DNA of 58,974 nt, taken from NCBI GenBank assembly GCA_038251535.1, contig JBBSBF010000003.1, positions 1 to 58,974 of the forward strand, given 5' to 3'. Within the stretch, counting starts at the first letter, position 1; the number at the start of each line of letters is the position of its first letter. Source of the stretch: Minisyncoccia bacterium. GTDB taxonomy: Bacteria > Patescibacteriota > Minisyncoccia > Phycocordibacterales > UBA9973. Of the stretch, positions 40,108-49,641 are shown in pieces. A program made the position numbers and the translations under genes. Below the pieces are notes generated by a model. That model saw only the letters and a program-made list of their open reading frames with translations. It did not search any database and was not told the origin of the DNA.

Positions 40108-40893
40108 ATGTCAACAATCACCACTGAACAAGTTAAAGCATTGAGAGACGCAACGAGTGTCTCTGTTATGCAATGTCGCAAAGCACTCGAAGAAGCAGAG
40201 GGCGACATGGAAAAAGCGATGATCATCCTTCGTAAAAAGGGTTCTGAAATTGCAAGCAAAAAATCAGAACGTGACGCATCTGATGGACTCATCATTGTCC
40301 GTACTGACGGAAAACGTGCTCTGACTCTGATACTCAACTGTGAGACAGACTTCGTCGCAAAAAACGACGACTTTATAACGCTTGCAAATACTCTCGCAGA
40401 TATCGCCTGGAAAGATGGAGAGGAAGCAGCTCGTACACAAGCTCCAGCACTCATCAACGATGTCGTGTTAAAAATCGGTGAAAATATCAAACTCGGTACG
40501 ATAGAAGAGGTGGCTGGAGATGTCGTTGGTGCGTATACACACCACACCGGAAAAACTGCGACAGTTGTCGTTCTCAAAGGTGGCACCCCAGAAGTAGCAA
40601 AAGATATCGCCATGCACGCAGCTGCAATGAAACCACGGTATCTCAATGCACATGAAATATCTGATGCAGACCGCACTGGTGTCATCAGCGTACTCCAAGC
40701 TGAGGTCGATGCAACTGACAAGCCTGCTGAGATGAAAGAAAAGATTATGGAAGGCAAAATCGCAAGTTACTTCAAAGAACAAACGCTTCTTGATCAGCCA
40801 TTTTTCAAAGCTCCTGAAAAGACTATTGGGGCATATGCTCTCGAAAAAGGCGCGACAGTGGAACGATTTGTACTTTATACGATATCTACATGA
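40108..40893 (+). CDS. tsf: elongation factor Ts
   Basis: UBA-like N-terminus VKALRDATSVSVMQCRKALEEAEGDMEKAMIILRKKG and ETDFVAKNDDF. Start ATG at 40108. Confidence 0.95.
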   Translation: MSTITTEQVKALRDATSVSVMQCRKALEEAEGDMEKAMIILRKKGSEIASKKSERDASDGLIIVRTDGKRALTLILNCETDFVAKNDDFITLANTLADIAWKDGEEAARTQAPALINDVVLKIGENIKLGTIEEVAGDVVGAYTHHTGKTATVVVLKGGTPEVAKDIAMHAAAMKPRYLNAHEISDADRTGVISVLQAEVDATDKPAEMKEKIMEGKIASYFKEQTLLDQPFFKAPEKTIGAYALEKGATVERFVLYTIST

Positions 40894-41276
40894 TTGTAGG
40901 GCTTAGTATCACACTTGTTGTGTTAGTAATCGGCACGTGGTTATACATGGTATATATCTCGTGGAAAGCCTCAGAGGCGATTTCACCAGCAGTCGCGACG
41001 TATGGACCTTTGTTGGCACGGTTGAACCAAGCGCTCCGTCTTACACGACGGGGATGGTACGGAGCATCTTTGCAAGGCAGAAAGACGCTTGCGTGGTTTA
41101 GTCAAAAGGCACAGACCACCTTTATCAAAATATTTCCTACTGCCAAATCCGCGTTTACTAAACGAGATATGATGACGGGGCTTACCCATGGACCATCTTC
41201 TTATTTTTTGAAAACGATTTCACAGCCTCGAAAAAAGGCCTCGAAACGTTTGCCCCGAATAAAAAAGGTGGTATAG
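40890..41276 (+). CDS. hypothetical membrane-anchored basic protein
   Basis: 128-aa ORF with an ATGA overlap with tsf and one N-terminal TM helix. Confidence 0.5.
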   Translation: MIVGLSITLVVLVIGTWLYMVYISWKASEAISPAVATYGPLLARLNQALRLTRRGWYGASLQGRKTLAWFSQKAQTTFIKIFPTAKSAFTKRDMMTGLTHGPSSYFLKTISQPRKKASKRLPRIKKVV

Positions 41277-41295
41277 TGAAAAGTCCTAAATTATT

Positions 41296-41371
41296 GCCGC
41301 TTTAGCTCAGTTGGTAGAGCAACGCTTTTGTAAAGCGAAGGTCGTCAGTTCAAGTCTGACAAGCGGCTCCA
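41296..41371 (+). tRNA. tRNA-Thr (UGU)
   Basis: Hand-folded 76-nt cloverleaf: acceptor GCCGCTT/AAGCGGC, anticodon loop TTTGTAA, T arm GTCAG-TTCAAGT-CTGAC, encoded CCA. Confidence 0.9.
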
Positions 41372-41377
41372 TTTCAC

Positions 41378-42565
41378 TCACTCGTCTTTTGGTGTAAATA
41401 TTTCTTTGCTATAGATGTTGCGCGGGTCCCACAACACCCATGAATCAATTCCGAGATCATGTGCGGCCTGTATTTGCGCTTCCACCATCTCTGGGGTGTA
41501 GTGAACACCAACTAAATCAAAATCTTGTAACCATGGGCGAAGTTTTTCTTTTGGAATATTGACAGCGGCAAGTTTTGCAATCCCATCACTGAGGGATGTG
41601 TGGATGACTTTGTACGGTTCTTTTGCAGGAACAGGGATACCATAACTACCGTTATAAAAATGCGATGGATATACCATGGGCGCAAGTGCATCGACCCATG
41701 GCGCAATGAGTGTCGCCTTTTGCCCAATACCGACATCGTCAGCTGCACTCATGGTGAGTCCAAACACATCAGCTGACACTGGGATACCTTCTTGTCGAAA
41801 TGTCGTACCCATCGCTCGGAAAAAATCTTGCATAGTGTCTGCTTTGTTCTTTTTGAATTCAGTCAAATCAATGTATTTCAATGCTCCATCGGATGGAAAT
41901 CGAACATAATCAAGATTAATTTCATCAAATCCTTGATTGTATGCATCTCGAGCGATATCGTTGATATACGATTGTACGGCTTCACTGTCTGGTCGCAACC
42001 ATGCAGTGTATTTGTAATCATTCCACGGCTTTCCCGTTCGACTGTCGAGGAGTGCATCTTTGGGGTGAAGTGGCGCATAAAAAGGGTCTTGGAACACAGC
42101 TATTCTCCCGATAACATAGACACCCTTTTCGTGGAACTGCTGTATCACACTATCTACGTGCGCGATTCGCCTTGTTCCAACATGCATTGCAGCCAGATGT
42201 GGGTCAAGTGGCTCATACGATAGCTTACCCGTTGCATCTTTGATATCTATCACAACTGCGTTTAGGATACTGTGATCAAATAATCCCAATATATGGTTTA
42301 AACCTTTTGTAGTACCGGCAGTCCAACCAGTACTATAAATACCGTGCAGTGGATCTGGGGTTGTTATGTGGAATGGGATCGCGGGCAAGTCAGTGGGTAC
42401 TGCTGATTCGTCAGGTGCAACAACATCGATAGATGTTGTTGCGGGAGCAACTACATTCTCTCCCGTTTCGGGTCCTGTCGTCTCGACGATCAAAAAAACA
42501 CTCACGATCAAAACCGCCGCCATAAAAGTTAGTGCCCCAGTCGGTTTTTTTTGTGGAGAATCCAT
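41378..42565 (-). CDS. secreted putative glycoside hydrolase (TIM-barrel, DUF4015-like)
   Basis: Signal/anchor helix, then GIYSTGWTAG...LNAVVIDIKDATG...GFDEINLDYVRFPSDG, typical of the GHL/DUF4015 family. ATG at 42565 is preferred because the upstream TTG lies inside the 42601-42634 palindrome. Confidence 0.6.
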   Translation of the reverse strand: MDSPQKKPTGALTFMAAVLIVSVFLIVETTGPETGENVVAPATTSIDVVAPDESAVPTDLPAIPFHITTPDPLHGIYSTGWTAGTTKGLNHILGLFDHSILNAVVIDIKDATGKLSYEPLDPHLAAMHVGTRRIAHVDSVIQQFHEKGVYVIGRIAVFQDPFYAPLHPKDALLDSRTGKPWNDYKYTAWLRPDSEAVQSYINDIARDAYNQGFDEINLDYVRFPSDGALKYIDLTEFKKNKADTMQDFFRAMGTTFRQEGIPVSADVFGLTMSAADDVGIGQKATLIAPWVDALAPMVYPSHFYNGSYGIPVPAKEPYKVIHTSLSDGIAKLAAVNIPKEKLRPWLQDFDLVGVHYTPEMVEAQIQAAHDLGIDSWVLWDPRNIYSKEIFTPKDE

Positions 42566-42600
42566 CTGTATCGTAAGTATGACATTGAAATAGTCTCGTA

Positions 42601-42634
42601 GCAAAAACAGGCCGCATATGCGGCCTGTTTTTGC
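42601..42634. terminator. perfect 34-nt palindrome, bidirectional terminator
   Basis: GCAAAAACAGGCCGCAT|ATGCGGCCTGTTTTTGC, with A5/T5 flanks inside the arms. Confidence 0.7.
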
Positions 42635-42640
42635 TTTTTA

Positions 42641-42832
42641 TTATTTCATCATCGCTTCACCCTTCTCTTTTGAGAGGAATGCAAAGGTATTTCCTCCACA
42701 CACTTCACATTTCCCTCTTGCCATAAAACGTCCTTTTTCATTTTTAGTTACTACAGGATCTTTCATTACTCGCATTGTCGGCTTGTTGTTATCTCCCCGA
42801 CATTTCATACAAAGCGCTTTCAAATCGTCCAT
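42641..42832 (-). CDS. small zinc-ribbon protein
   Basis: 63 aa with a CMKC...CEVC four-cysteine ribbon. Confidence 0.6.
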   Translation of the reverse strand: MDDLKALCMKCRGDNNKPTMRVMKDPVVTKNEKGRFMARGKCEVCGGNTFAFLSKEKGEAMMK

Positions 42833-42981
42833 ATTTTAAATTAAATTATTGTTAAATGAGTTGCACTCTGATTATACCACACTTTACTGACATGTACTAT
42901 AATTAGTCTCTATAAACTAGATCAATTTCTTTAATTTGTTGACCTATATCCTACTCTATGCACATCCTAACGCAATAGTGA

Positions 42982-43185
42982 CTAATTTTGTCCATTGACG
43001 TGTTTGTCTTTTTCAAATAACTTATCAACTTCGTCCGAAGAAAGTTTGTTCAAGATAGAGTCGGGGTTGATAATGTTGCTTGATGGCGTTTCTTCTACCT
43101 TGCTCACCTGCTCCAAATTTTTCTCCTCATTTGGTGGGTTAAACAAATCTAACTGAATGGCGGCTTTTTTTTCTGGTTGTTCCAT
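42982..43185 (-). CDS. hypothetical acidic small protein
   Basis: 67-aa ORF. ATG is 7 nt after TGGTATACT (43193-43201). Confidence 0.45.
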   Translation of the reverse strand: MEQPEKKAAIQLDLFNPPNEEKNLEQVSKVEETPSSNIINPDSILNKLSSDEVDKLFEKDKHVNGQN

Positions 43186-43192
43186 ACATGGT

Positions 43193-43201
43193 AGTATACC
43201 A
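43193..43201 (-). promoter_or_regulatory. extended -10 TGGTATACT, 7 nt before the ATG at 43185
   Basis: Read on the minus strand. Confidence 0.45.
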
Positions 43202-43305
43202 AATCTCTTTCTCTGAGCTACCGAGAAACGTAAATGTTTTTACGTTTAAACCTTTTATTCGGTATCACTCAAAATGAAGAGGTATTTTCAAAAATATGCG
43301 GCGAG

Positions 43306-43947
43306 TTATTTCGTGGTCGTACTCGTCGGGATCAAGGATGTGAGTTGGTCGAGGGATTGAAATCCATTGTACGTCACTCCGTTAAAGACGATCGCCGGGA
43401 GTGCATCTCCGACGTTGTAGATCGAGCGCAACGCCTTGATCGTCGAGAGGTCGAGGTTGTAGTCAAACGCATAGACTCGCACTTTGGGATTTTGTTCCCG
43501 AAGGGCATCGAGGACATAGCCTTGCTTGACGCAGTCAGGACACGCGACCTTGGTCCCATAAAAATAAAAAATACTAATCGGCGTTTGATGACAGCGCTCT
43601 GCGACACGTTTGGTCAAAAGGAAATCTCGAATCTCGATCAACGTATATTGTTTTTTCAACGTATCTATTTCTACTTCGGAGCCGACGTTGTCTTCGCTGT
43701 AGGTTATCTTTTCAGCCAAGGTCTGCAGATCATCTGAAAAGACCGATGCGGCGCTGTTGTCACACGTCGTGTCTTTGAGTAGATCAAACTGTGTCTCGGA
43801 GGTGAGTATGTCGAGCGACATTTGATTTTGGGCTGCTTGAAGAACGGCAAACTTGTGTTTGTTTATCGAGTAGCTTATCAACCACGAGCTCACAAAAAGT
43901 GCCGCAGTGATGAGAAAAGCCAGAATGTATTTGCTATGTTCTTTCAT
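43306..43947 (-). CDS. membrane-anchored thioredoxin-fold protein
   Basis: N-terminal TM helix and a CPDC motif in FYFYGTKVACPDCVKQGY. Directly downstream of the GT2 gene. Confidence 0.45.
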   Translation of the reverse strand: MKEHSKYILAFLITAALFVSSWLISYSINKHKFAVLQAAQNQMSLDILTSETQFDLLKDTTCDNSAASVFSDDLQTLAEKITYSEDNVGSEVEIDTLKKQYTLIEIRDFLLTKRVAERCHQTPISIFYFYGTKVACPDCVKQGYVLDALREQNPKVRVYAFDYNLDLSTIKALRSIYNVGDALPAIVFNGVTYNGFQSLDQLTSLIPTSTTTK

Positions 43948-43951
43948 GTGT

Positions 43952-45193
43952 TTATCTCCAGTGTGGTTTGCGGGAAGTCAATGCAGCCCACAGTGCCTTC
44001 ATCAACCAAAACGGTGCGATGATACTGTACACCACTATATACGATATGACATGGATACTCAATTTTTGTTTGACGAGTTTTCCGCCGATCGCCGTCGAAA
44101 CGATCAGTACGGCATAGAGTACTGCAGTTATCAGTACGATGGCCTGGGTGTTGATATAAAACCATTCGAAGTTGAACGAAAATGTACTACTATGAAGTCC
44201 GACGATTCGCCATCTGGCAATATGTGCCACGAGCCAGACTCCTGCGTTATAGAAAATAGTAAAAAAGATATAGACAGTTGCCGTGATCGATACGACACCA
44301 CTCGGAAGCGTAAAGAATGAAAAGTTGCCGTACGATTTGTGAAATATCATTGATTTATAGTCAACCGTGTTTTGGATAAATCCATAAATCCATCGAACAC
44401 GTTGTTTAAATAGTTTCGGAATCGTATCGGGCGCAATGGTGTACACCTGTGCCGTATGACAGTGCCCGATGATCAAATGCCCTTGTTGCATCCGGTACGC
44501 GATCTCCATGTCTTCGGTGTTGTGCGCCTTTCGAAATCCTCCAAGCTTCTCAAACACACTTCGACGAAATACTGAGAACGGTCCTGGGGTTACGTGGATT
44601 GCGCCAAGGTATGCGAGCATTTTTTTTATATAAATACCCATATTGTACTCAACTTTTTGGATCTTTTGAATCATTGTCTTGGGATGATGGATGATGATAG
44701 ACGGCGCAATCGCATAAAACTGCGGGTTGCGTTGAAACATATCGATCATGCGTTTCAGTGCGTCTGGTGCAACAAACGAATCTGCATCGAGACAGCTGAT
44801 GAACTCCGTCGTCGTGTGCTCGATGCCATAGTTGACGGCAGTGTGTTTGCCGCCATTTTCTTTGTGAAGAATACTAATCTGTGGATGATCCTGATACTTC
44901 AAAATCTCACTCCACGTGTTGTCTGTACTCCCGTCATCGACGACGATGATCTGGAGTTTGTCCTTTGGGTACTCAAGCGCAAGTAGACTCTCTATGGTAC
45001 CGTGAACGGTCTTTTCTTCATTCCAGCAGGGTACGATAACTGCGACCCTCGGATAGACAACGAGCGTCCCTACGACGATGGCACTTTCTCGTGCGAGCAA
45101 TTTGCGTCGTTCGAGGTACGTAACGAACAAAAAAATTTGCACATACAGTGCCAAAAAGGTGATGGCATAGGTCGCCATCTCGGCAATATTCAT
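43952..45193 (-). CDS. family 2 processive beta-glycosyltransferase (PgaC/NodC/cellulose-synthase-like)
   Basis: VVDDGSTD, CLDADSF (DxD) and KQRVRWIYG (QxxRW) motifs, with N- and C-terminal TM helices. Confidence 0.8.
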   Translation of the reverse strand: MNIAEMATYAITFLALYVQIFLFVTYLERRKLLARESAIVVGTLVVYPRVAVIVPCWNEEKTVHGTIESLLALEYPKDKLQIIVVDDGSTDNTWSEILKYQDHPQISILHKENGGKHTAVNYGIEHTTTEFISCLDADSFVAPDALKRMIDMFQRNPQFYAIAPSIIIHHPKTMIQKIQKVEYNMGIYIKKMLAYLGAIHVTPGPFSVFRRSVFEKLGGFRKAHNTEDMEIAYRMQQGHLIIGHCHTAQVYTIAPDTIPKLFKQRVRWIYGFIQNTVDYKSMIFHKSYGNFSFFTLPSGVVSITATVYIFFTIFYNAGVWLVAHIARWRIVGLHSSTFSFNFEWFYINTQAIVLITAVLYAVLIVSTAIGGKLVKQKLSIHVISYIVVYSIIAPFWLMKALWAALTSRKPHWR

Positions 45194-45244
45194 CGCTATA
45201 CAGTAGCATTTTGCGCTCCTTTTTTCAATATCTATTGTTTGCTG

Positions 45245-45250
45245 TATACT
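45245..45250 (+). promoter_or_regulatory. -10 TATACT, 6 nt before the dsbA-like ATG
   Basis: TATACT, then TATACA, then ATG at 45257. Confidence 0.45.
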
Positions 45251-45256
45251 TATACA

Positions 45257-46018
45257 ATGGAACCACAAACAACAAACAATACCCCGACGAGTACGCCAAA
45301 CGAGGCGCCGAAAAAAGTCCCTATTAGCATCCCTGCAGCCATTCTCACCGGCGCAGTCATCATCGCGCTCGCGCTCATATTTGTCTTTGGATCAAAGAAT
45401 GGCGCTACCCCAACAACCCAACCGACAGGCCAACAACCAGCTCCTATTACCAAAGTAGATGCGGCTATTGCGACGATCCGTCCCAACGATCACGTCCGAG
45501 GAGATATATCAAAGGCAGAAGTAGCGATGATCGAATACTCCGATAGTGATTGTCCGTACTGCATCCGTTTCCATCCAACACTCGACCAGATCTACACTGA
45601 ATACAACGGCAAGGTTGCATGGGTCTACCGTTACTACCCACTCACTTCTCTCCACCCAAATGCAGCAACTGAAGCAGTCGCGCTCGAATGCGTCGCACAA
45701 CTTGGAGGCAACGATGCATTTAACAAATACCTCGATACGATCATCAACGTGACGTTAAACCCTGACCCAAAAAGTAACGAACAGCTCACGACATTTGCAA
45801 CGGCGGAAGGTATCGATGGAACCCTCTTTAACAAATGTATTGCCGGAACTTCAGCAAGTGACCGCGTCAAAGCCGATACCGATGAAGCTCAACAGATCGG
45901 TGCGCAAGGAACTCCATTTACGATCGCCGTCAACTTGAAGACTGGCAAACAAGTCATCATTCCTGGCGCGTATCCGTATGAGGATGTAAAGAAAGATATT
46001 GATTCACTTTTGAAATAA
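45257..46018 (+). CDS. DsbA-like thiol:disulfide oxidoreductase, membrane anchored
   Basis: TM helix, then IEYSDSDCPYCIRFHP (CPYC) and the GTPFTIAV cis-Pro region. ATG at 45257 is 6 nt after TATACT. Confidence 0.75.
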   Translation: MEPQTTNNTPTSTPNEAPKKVPISIPAAILTGAVIIALALIFVFGSKNGATPTTQPTGQQPAPITKVDAAIATIRPNDHVRGDISKAEVAMIEYSDSDCPYCIRFHPTLDQIYTEYNGKVAWVYRYYPLTSLHPNAATEAVALECVAQLGGNDAFNKYLDTIINVTLNPDPKSNEQLTTFATAEGIDGTLFNKCIAGTSASDRVKADTDEAQQIGAQGTPFTIAVNLKTGKQVIIPGAYPYEDVKKDIDSLLK

Positions 46019-46068
46019 AATCTTGGAAATTGTAAATAATAAAAGCCCCGTTATGCAGGGCTTTTTAC

Positions 46069-46395
46069 TCAGAAGAAATATTTGTAGACGAACAACATAA
46101 AAATGACAGTATGTATTACCAACGTTAAACCATTTATAAATTTATTTCCTGAGTTAATAATATGTTTGATACCAATAATACTAGCACCCATAGCTATTAG
46201 AAGTCCTGCTAAAACGCACCATATTGATATTGTAACGCCTATAAATGTTTCCTGAAAGAATGTATTTTTTATTAAACCAAAGCTTATTATAACTGTTGAA
46301 ACAACCCGAAGTCCAAATATTAGTATTAAAACTGTATTATTTTCTTCTTTTACTTCAAAATTTTGTAAATATTCCATTATTTTATTTTTTATCAT
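46069..46395 (-). CDS. hypothetical small membrane protein
   Basis: AT-rich ORF with 3 TM helices. The predicted -10 (46394-46399) overlaps the first ATG, so the start is probably ATG at 46377 (MEYLQNF...). Confidence 0.5.
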   Translation of the reverse strand: MIKNKIMEYLQNFEVKEENNTVLILIFGLRVVSTVIISFGLIKNTFFQETFIGVTISIWCVLAGLLIAMGASIIGIKHIINSGNKFINGLTLVIHTVIFMLFVYKYFF

Positions 46396-46421
46396 TTTAT
46401 CATATATTATTTATTTGTCAA
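46394..46421 (-). promoter_or_regulatory. promoter TTGACA-N16-TAAAAT (gene 46069-46395)
   Basis: Read on the minus strand just downstream of the rpoD terminator. Confidence 0.55.
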
Positions 46422-46423
46422 AT

Positions 46424-46450
46424 ATAAAAAGCCCTTATTTATAAAGGCTT
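46424..46450 (-). terminator. intrinsic terminator (rpoD)
   Basis: Stem AAGCC..TTA/TAA..GGCTT followed by TTTTTATATT on the minus strand. Confidence 0.6.
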
Positions 46451-46466
46451 TTTATCGGTTATTTCT

Positions 46467-46499
46467 TAATCCTCCATCGCTAAAGCTACGGCGGGATTA
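46467..46499. repeat. GC-rich hairpin element, copy 3 (overlaps the rpoD stop codon)
   Basis: TAATCC-tccatcgctaaagctacggc-GGATTA. The loop core tcgctaaagctac matches tcgccaaagctac of copy 1. Confidence 0.6.
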
Positions 46500-47831
46500 G
46501 TCAAAATAATTTCTCAGTCGTTGTATCCGATCATTTTGTCGGAGTTTTTCATGGACTTTGGCTTCGATCTGTCTGATACGCTCTCGAGTGACACCAAACT
46601 CCTTCCCTACTTCTTCGAGTGTGTGCTGTACTCCATCGATGAGTCCGTAACGCATTTCCAAAATACGTTTTTCTTTAGGAGAAATTTCTTCGAGGACGTC
46701 ACGGATGGCGTCTTGGAGGATGCGGCGTGATGCTTCTTGATCGGGTCGCAATATTTTGTCATCGGGGATAAATTCTCCAAACGTGCTCTTGTCATCATCA
46801 TCTCCGATCGGTTGCTCGAGTGAGCGAGTTTCTTGGTTGATCTGTTCGATCACATGAACCTTCTCTACTTCGATACCCATTTCATTTGCTACTTCTTCCG
46901 CGAGTGGATCACGTCCGAGGTCTTGTCCCAACCGTCTGACGACTTGTTTGTACTTTGAAATAGTCTCAACCATGTGCACAGGAATACGGATCGTGCGGGA
47001 TTGATCGGCGAGTGCACGAGTGATCGACTGTCTGATCCACCACGTTGCATACGTCGAAAACTTAAATCCTTTTGTATAGTCAAACTTTTCGACTGCCTTA
47101 AAGAGTCCGATGTTCCCTTCCTGGATCAAGTCGAGGAGCGTCAGGTCAGCGGTGCGGTTGGCGTATTTTTTCGCAATCGATACGACGAGACGAAGGTTGG
47201 AACGAGCCAGCAAATTTTTTGCCTCCAGGTCGCCTTGTTCGATACGTTTGGCGAGTTCGCGTTCTTGCGCTGCGACTATCAGTGGATACTGTCCGATATC
47301 CTTGAGGTACATCTGCACTGAACTGAAGCTATGACTTTCCTTGACGTATTTGCTCAAGTCTTCGTTGTTGTCCATGTCCAGAAGATTTCCCCCTTCGAGG
47401 ACGTCGATACCTGCAGTGCCAAACTTTTCATACAACTCATCCAAAAACAAAATGTTATTTTCGATATCCGGAAACATTTTGAGTATTTCATCGTAGGTAA
47501 TAAATCCTCTTTTCTTTCCTTTTACGATAAGCTCTTGCGCCTTTGTTTCGAGGTCATGCAACTTTTTCTCCAGGTTTACTTCCTTTCGCTTGCTCTGTCC
47601 TTCGTGTCTGATCGTGATAGGACGAGGTTTTGATTTTGGAACTGCTTTCTTTGGTGCGGCTTTTTTTACCGGTTTTGAAACTTTTTTCTTTGCTACTTTT
47701 TTTGAAGGTGTCCCAGTACGAGGACGACTTGGAGAAGTTACTTTTTTTGGTCGGCTCTTTGGAGCAGATTTTTTAGAAGTAGTATGTGATTTTTTGACGC
47801 TTTTTTTTGCGATCTTTTTTTTAGTAGGCAT
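46497..47831 (-). CDS. rpoD: RNA polymerase sigma-70 primary sigma factor
   Basis: Region 2 ([40 protein letters not shown]) and regions 3 and 4 ([20 protein letters not shown]). The N-terminal roughly 85 aa are Lys/Pro/Ser-rich. Confidence 0.95.
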   Translation of the reverse strand: MPTKKKIAKKSVKKSHTTSKKSAPKSRPKKVTSPSRPRTGTPSKKVAKKKVSKPVKKAAPKKAVPKSKPRPITIRHEGQSKRKEVNLEKKLHDLETKAQELIVKGKKRGFITYDEILKMFPDIENNILFLDELYEKFGTAGIDVLEGGNLLDMDNNEDLSKYVKESHSFSSVQMYLKDIGQYPLIVAAQERELAKRIEQGDLEAKNLLARSNLRLVVSIAKKYANRTADLTLLDLIQEGNIGLFKAVEKFDYTKGFKFSTYATWWIRQSITRALADQSRTIRIPVHMVETISKYKQVVRRLGQDLGRDPLAEEVANEMGIEVEKVHVIEQINQETRSLEQPIGDDDDKSTFGEFIPDDKILRPDQEASRRILQDAIRDVLEEISPKEKRILEMRYGLIDGVQHTLEEVGKEFGVTRERIRQIEAKVHEKLRQNDRIQRLRNYFD

Positions 47832-47848
47832 AGGTAAACAATAGGTAT

Positions 47849-47876
47849 AAATTACTTGAAATGAGCGAAAAGTCAA
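47849..47876 (-). promoter_or_regulatory. promoter TTGACT-N16-TAATTT (rpoD)
   Basis: Lies in the 52-nt dnaG-rpoD spacer, 17 nt upstream of the ATG at 47831. Confidence 0.5.
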
Positions 47877-47883
47877 CAGCCAC

Positions 47884-49638
47884 TCACGTATCTGTGTGGC
47901 GACGTTGATTGAGTTGTTGGAGTTTTGACATAAGTGTCTCGATCATAGCTTCGTTGTTGGCCTGCTCTGCTCGTTTGAGTTCTCGAGCATAGTCCATCTG
48001 TAGACTACCATAAAATTGCTCAACAAGGTGCTTTGCGAGTTCAGCAACTACCATATCTCGATCTTCAGAGCTCAGATATCCATAATCTCGCTCAATGAGC
48101 GCCGTAAGTTCTGGCTTTTTTTCATCAGAGATTGCTTCGATTGTAAACAAAGTTCCATCAAATGAAAGTTCTTTTATGGCGAGTTTGTGAGTTTCTGTTG
48201 CCTCTGTCGGAAACTGTGTAATGAGTGTTTGAAAACGCTCGGCAATAGTGACGGTATCAGCTCGAGAAGTATCGCTACGCTCTACGTGTTTCGTATCGGT
48301 CTTTGTAGATGTAAACAACGCGAGCTCTCGAATGATATCAGGGGCACTAAGTTCAAGTTCTGTTGCGATGGATTCGATGTATTTGCCTTGTTCGATCGGA
48401 GATTGTACCTCGATCAAAAATGGAAATATTCGCTCTTTTATTTGTTGTACTAACAGATGCGCGGACACACCCTTGCTATCGATCGACTTTAGTTGATGCA
48501 ACAAGAAATGATTACTCTGCTGGAGCAACTCTTTCCATGCCTGGGCACCATGTTGCCCAAGAAAATCTGCCGGATCAATCCCAGAAGGAACGGGGACTAC
48601 TTTTGGATTCATACCGAGACGCAACGAAACAAGGGCTGCGTGATGTAGCGCCTTTTGTCCTGCAGCATCTCCATCAAATGCCAAAAATATATTTGGTGTC
48701 AGTCGAGATAGTACTGTTAGGTTTGCCATTGGATCAGCTACTGATGCATCTGACACCGCTGTCCCACTCGTCGCGATAGTGTTTCTAAATCCATATTGAT
48801 GTGACAATACTGTGTCAAATTGCCCTTCAACCATGATTGCAAATTGCTTTTGCCTGATAACATTTTTTGCCTTATCAAAGCCAAACAACATGCGCGACTT
48901 TTGAAACAACTCTGTTTCAGGACTGTTGAGGTATTTTGGGCTCGCCTGTCCTCGGTCTGTCGAAGGATCATTGGGGAATATTCTTCCAGAAAATCCGATG
49001 ACACGCCCACTCGAATCAGTTAGCGGAAATATGATTCGTTTTCGAAAACGATCATAGTATCCCCCGCCTGCTCCCGAACCTTCGTGAGGGCGGGCAGGCT
49101 TTTCAGTTTTTTTGATCAATCCAGCGCGTTCTGCAACAGCGAGCTCTTTGTCATCCTGAAGACTCGAACTAACAAAACGCCATTCGTCAGGTGCGTATCC
49201 AATGCGAAATGATTCGATCGTTTCAGGGAGAACGCCACGACCCTCGAGGTATGCCAAAGCGGCGGGATTTCTTTTCAGTTGATGTTGATATCGAGTGGTG
49301 GTGAGTTCCAATATATCAAAGAGCGCATCCGTGCTTTCTCTCTTTATAGAGCTCGTATTGGTAAGTGGCACCCCCGCTTTTTCTGCGAGTATTTTAAGTG
49401 CGCCCTTTCGATCGATACCTTCAAACTGCTCTACGAAAGTAAAGATATCTCCTTTAGCCCCACAACCAAAACAGTAGTACAGTCCCCTCTCTGAAGAAAC
49501 CGAAAAGGAGGCCGTCCGTTCGTTATGAAAGGGGCATCTTGCCTTTAACTGCGTTCCAGAGGGTGTAAGCGTGATATAAGCGGACAGAACTTCGGAGATT
49601 GGCAAACGATCTTTGATTGCGTCGAAGACCGATTGCAT
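47884..49638 (-). CDS. dnaG: DNA primase
   Basis: Zinc finger [13 protein letters not shown]...CFGCGAKGD and a TOPRIM domain (IMVEGQFD...AFDGDAAG). 584 aa. Confidence 0.95.
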   Translation of the reverse strand: MQSVFDAIKDRLPISEVLSAYITLTPSGTQLKARCPFHNERTASFSVSSERGLYYCFGCGAKGDIFTFVEQFEGIDRKGALKILAEKAGVPLTNTSSIKRESTDALFDILELTTTRYQHQLKRNPAALAYLEGRGVLPETIESFRIGYAPDEWRFVSSSLQDDKELAVAERAGLIKKTEKPARPHEGSGAGGGYYDRFRKRIIFPLTDSSGRVIGFSGRIFPNDPSTDRGQASPKYLNSPETELFQKSRMLFGFDKAKNVIRQKQFAIMVEGQFDTVLSHQYGFRNTIATSGTAVSDASVADPMANLTVLSRLTPNIFLAFDGDAAGQKALHHAALVSLRLGMNPKVVPVPSGIDPADFLGQHGAQAWKELLQQSNHFLLHQLKSIDSKGVSAHLLVQQIKERIFPFLIEVQSPIEQGKYIESIATELELSAPDIIRELALFTSTKTDTKHVERSDTSRADTVTIAERFQTLITQFPTEATETHKLAIKELSFDGTLFTIEAISDEKKPELTALIERDYGYLSSEDRDMVVAELAKHLVEQFYGSLQMDYARELKRAEQANNEAMIETLMSKLQQLNQRRHTDT

Positions 49639-49641
49639 AGG

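Noticed and set aside
40047-40757. 236-aa minus-strand ORF antisense to tsf
   Set aside because: It lies entirely inside the well-supported EF-Ts gene. The product is a low-complexity Ser/Ala/Thr-rich sequence with no promoter or motif, which is typical of an antisense shadow ORF.
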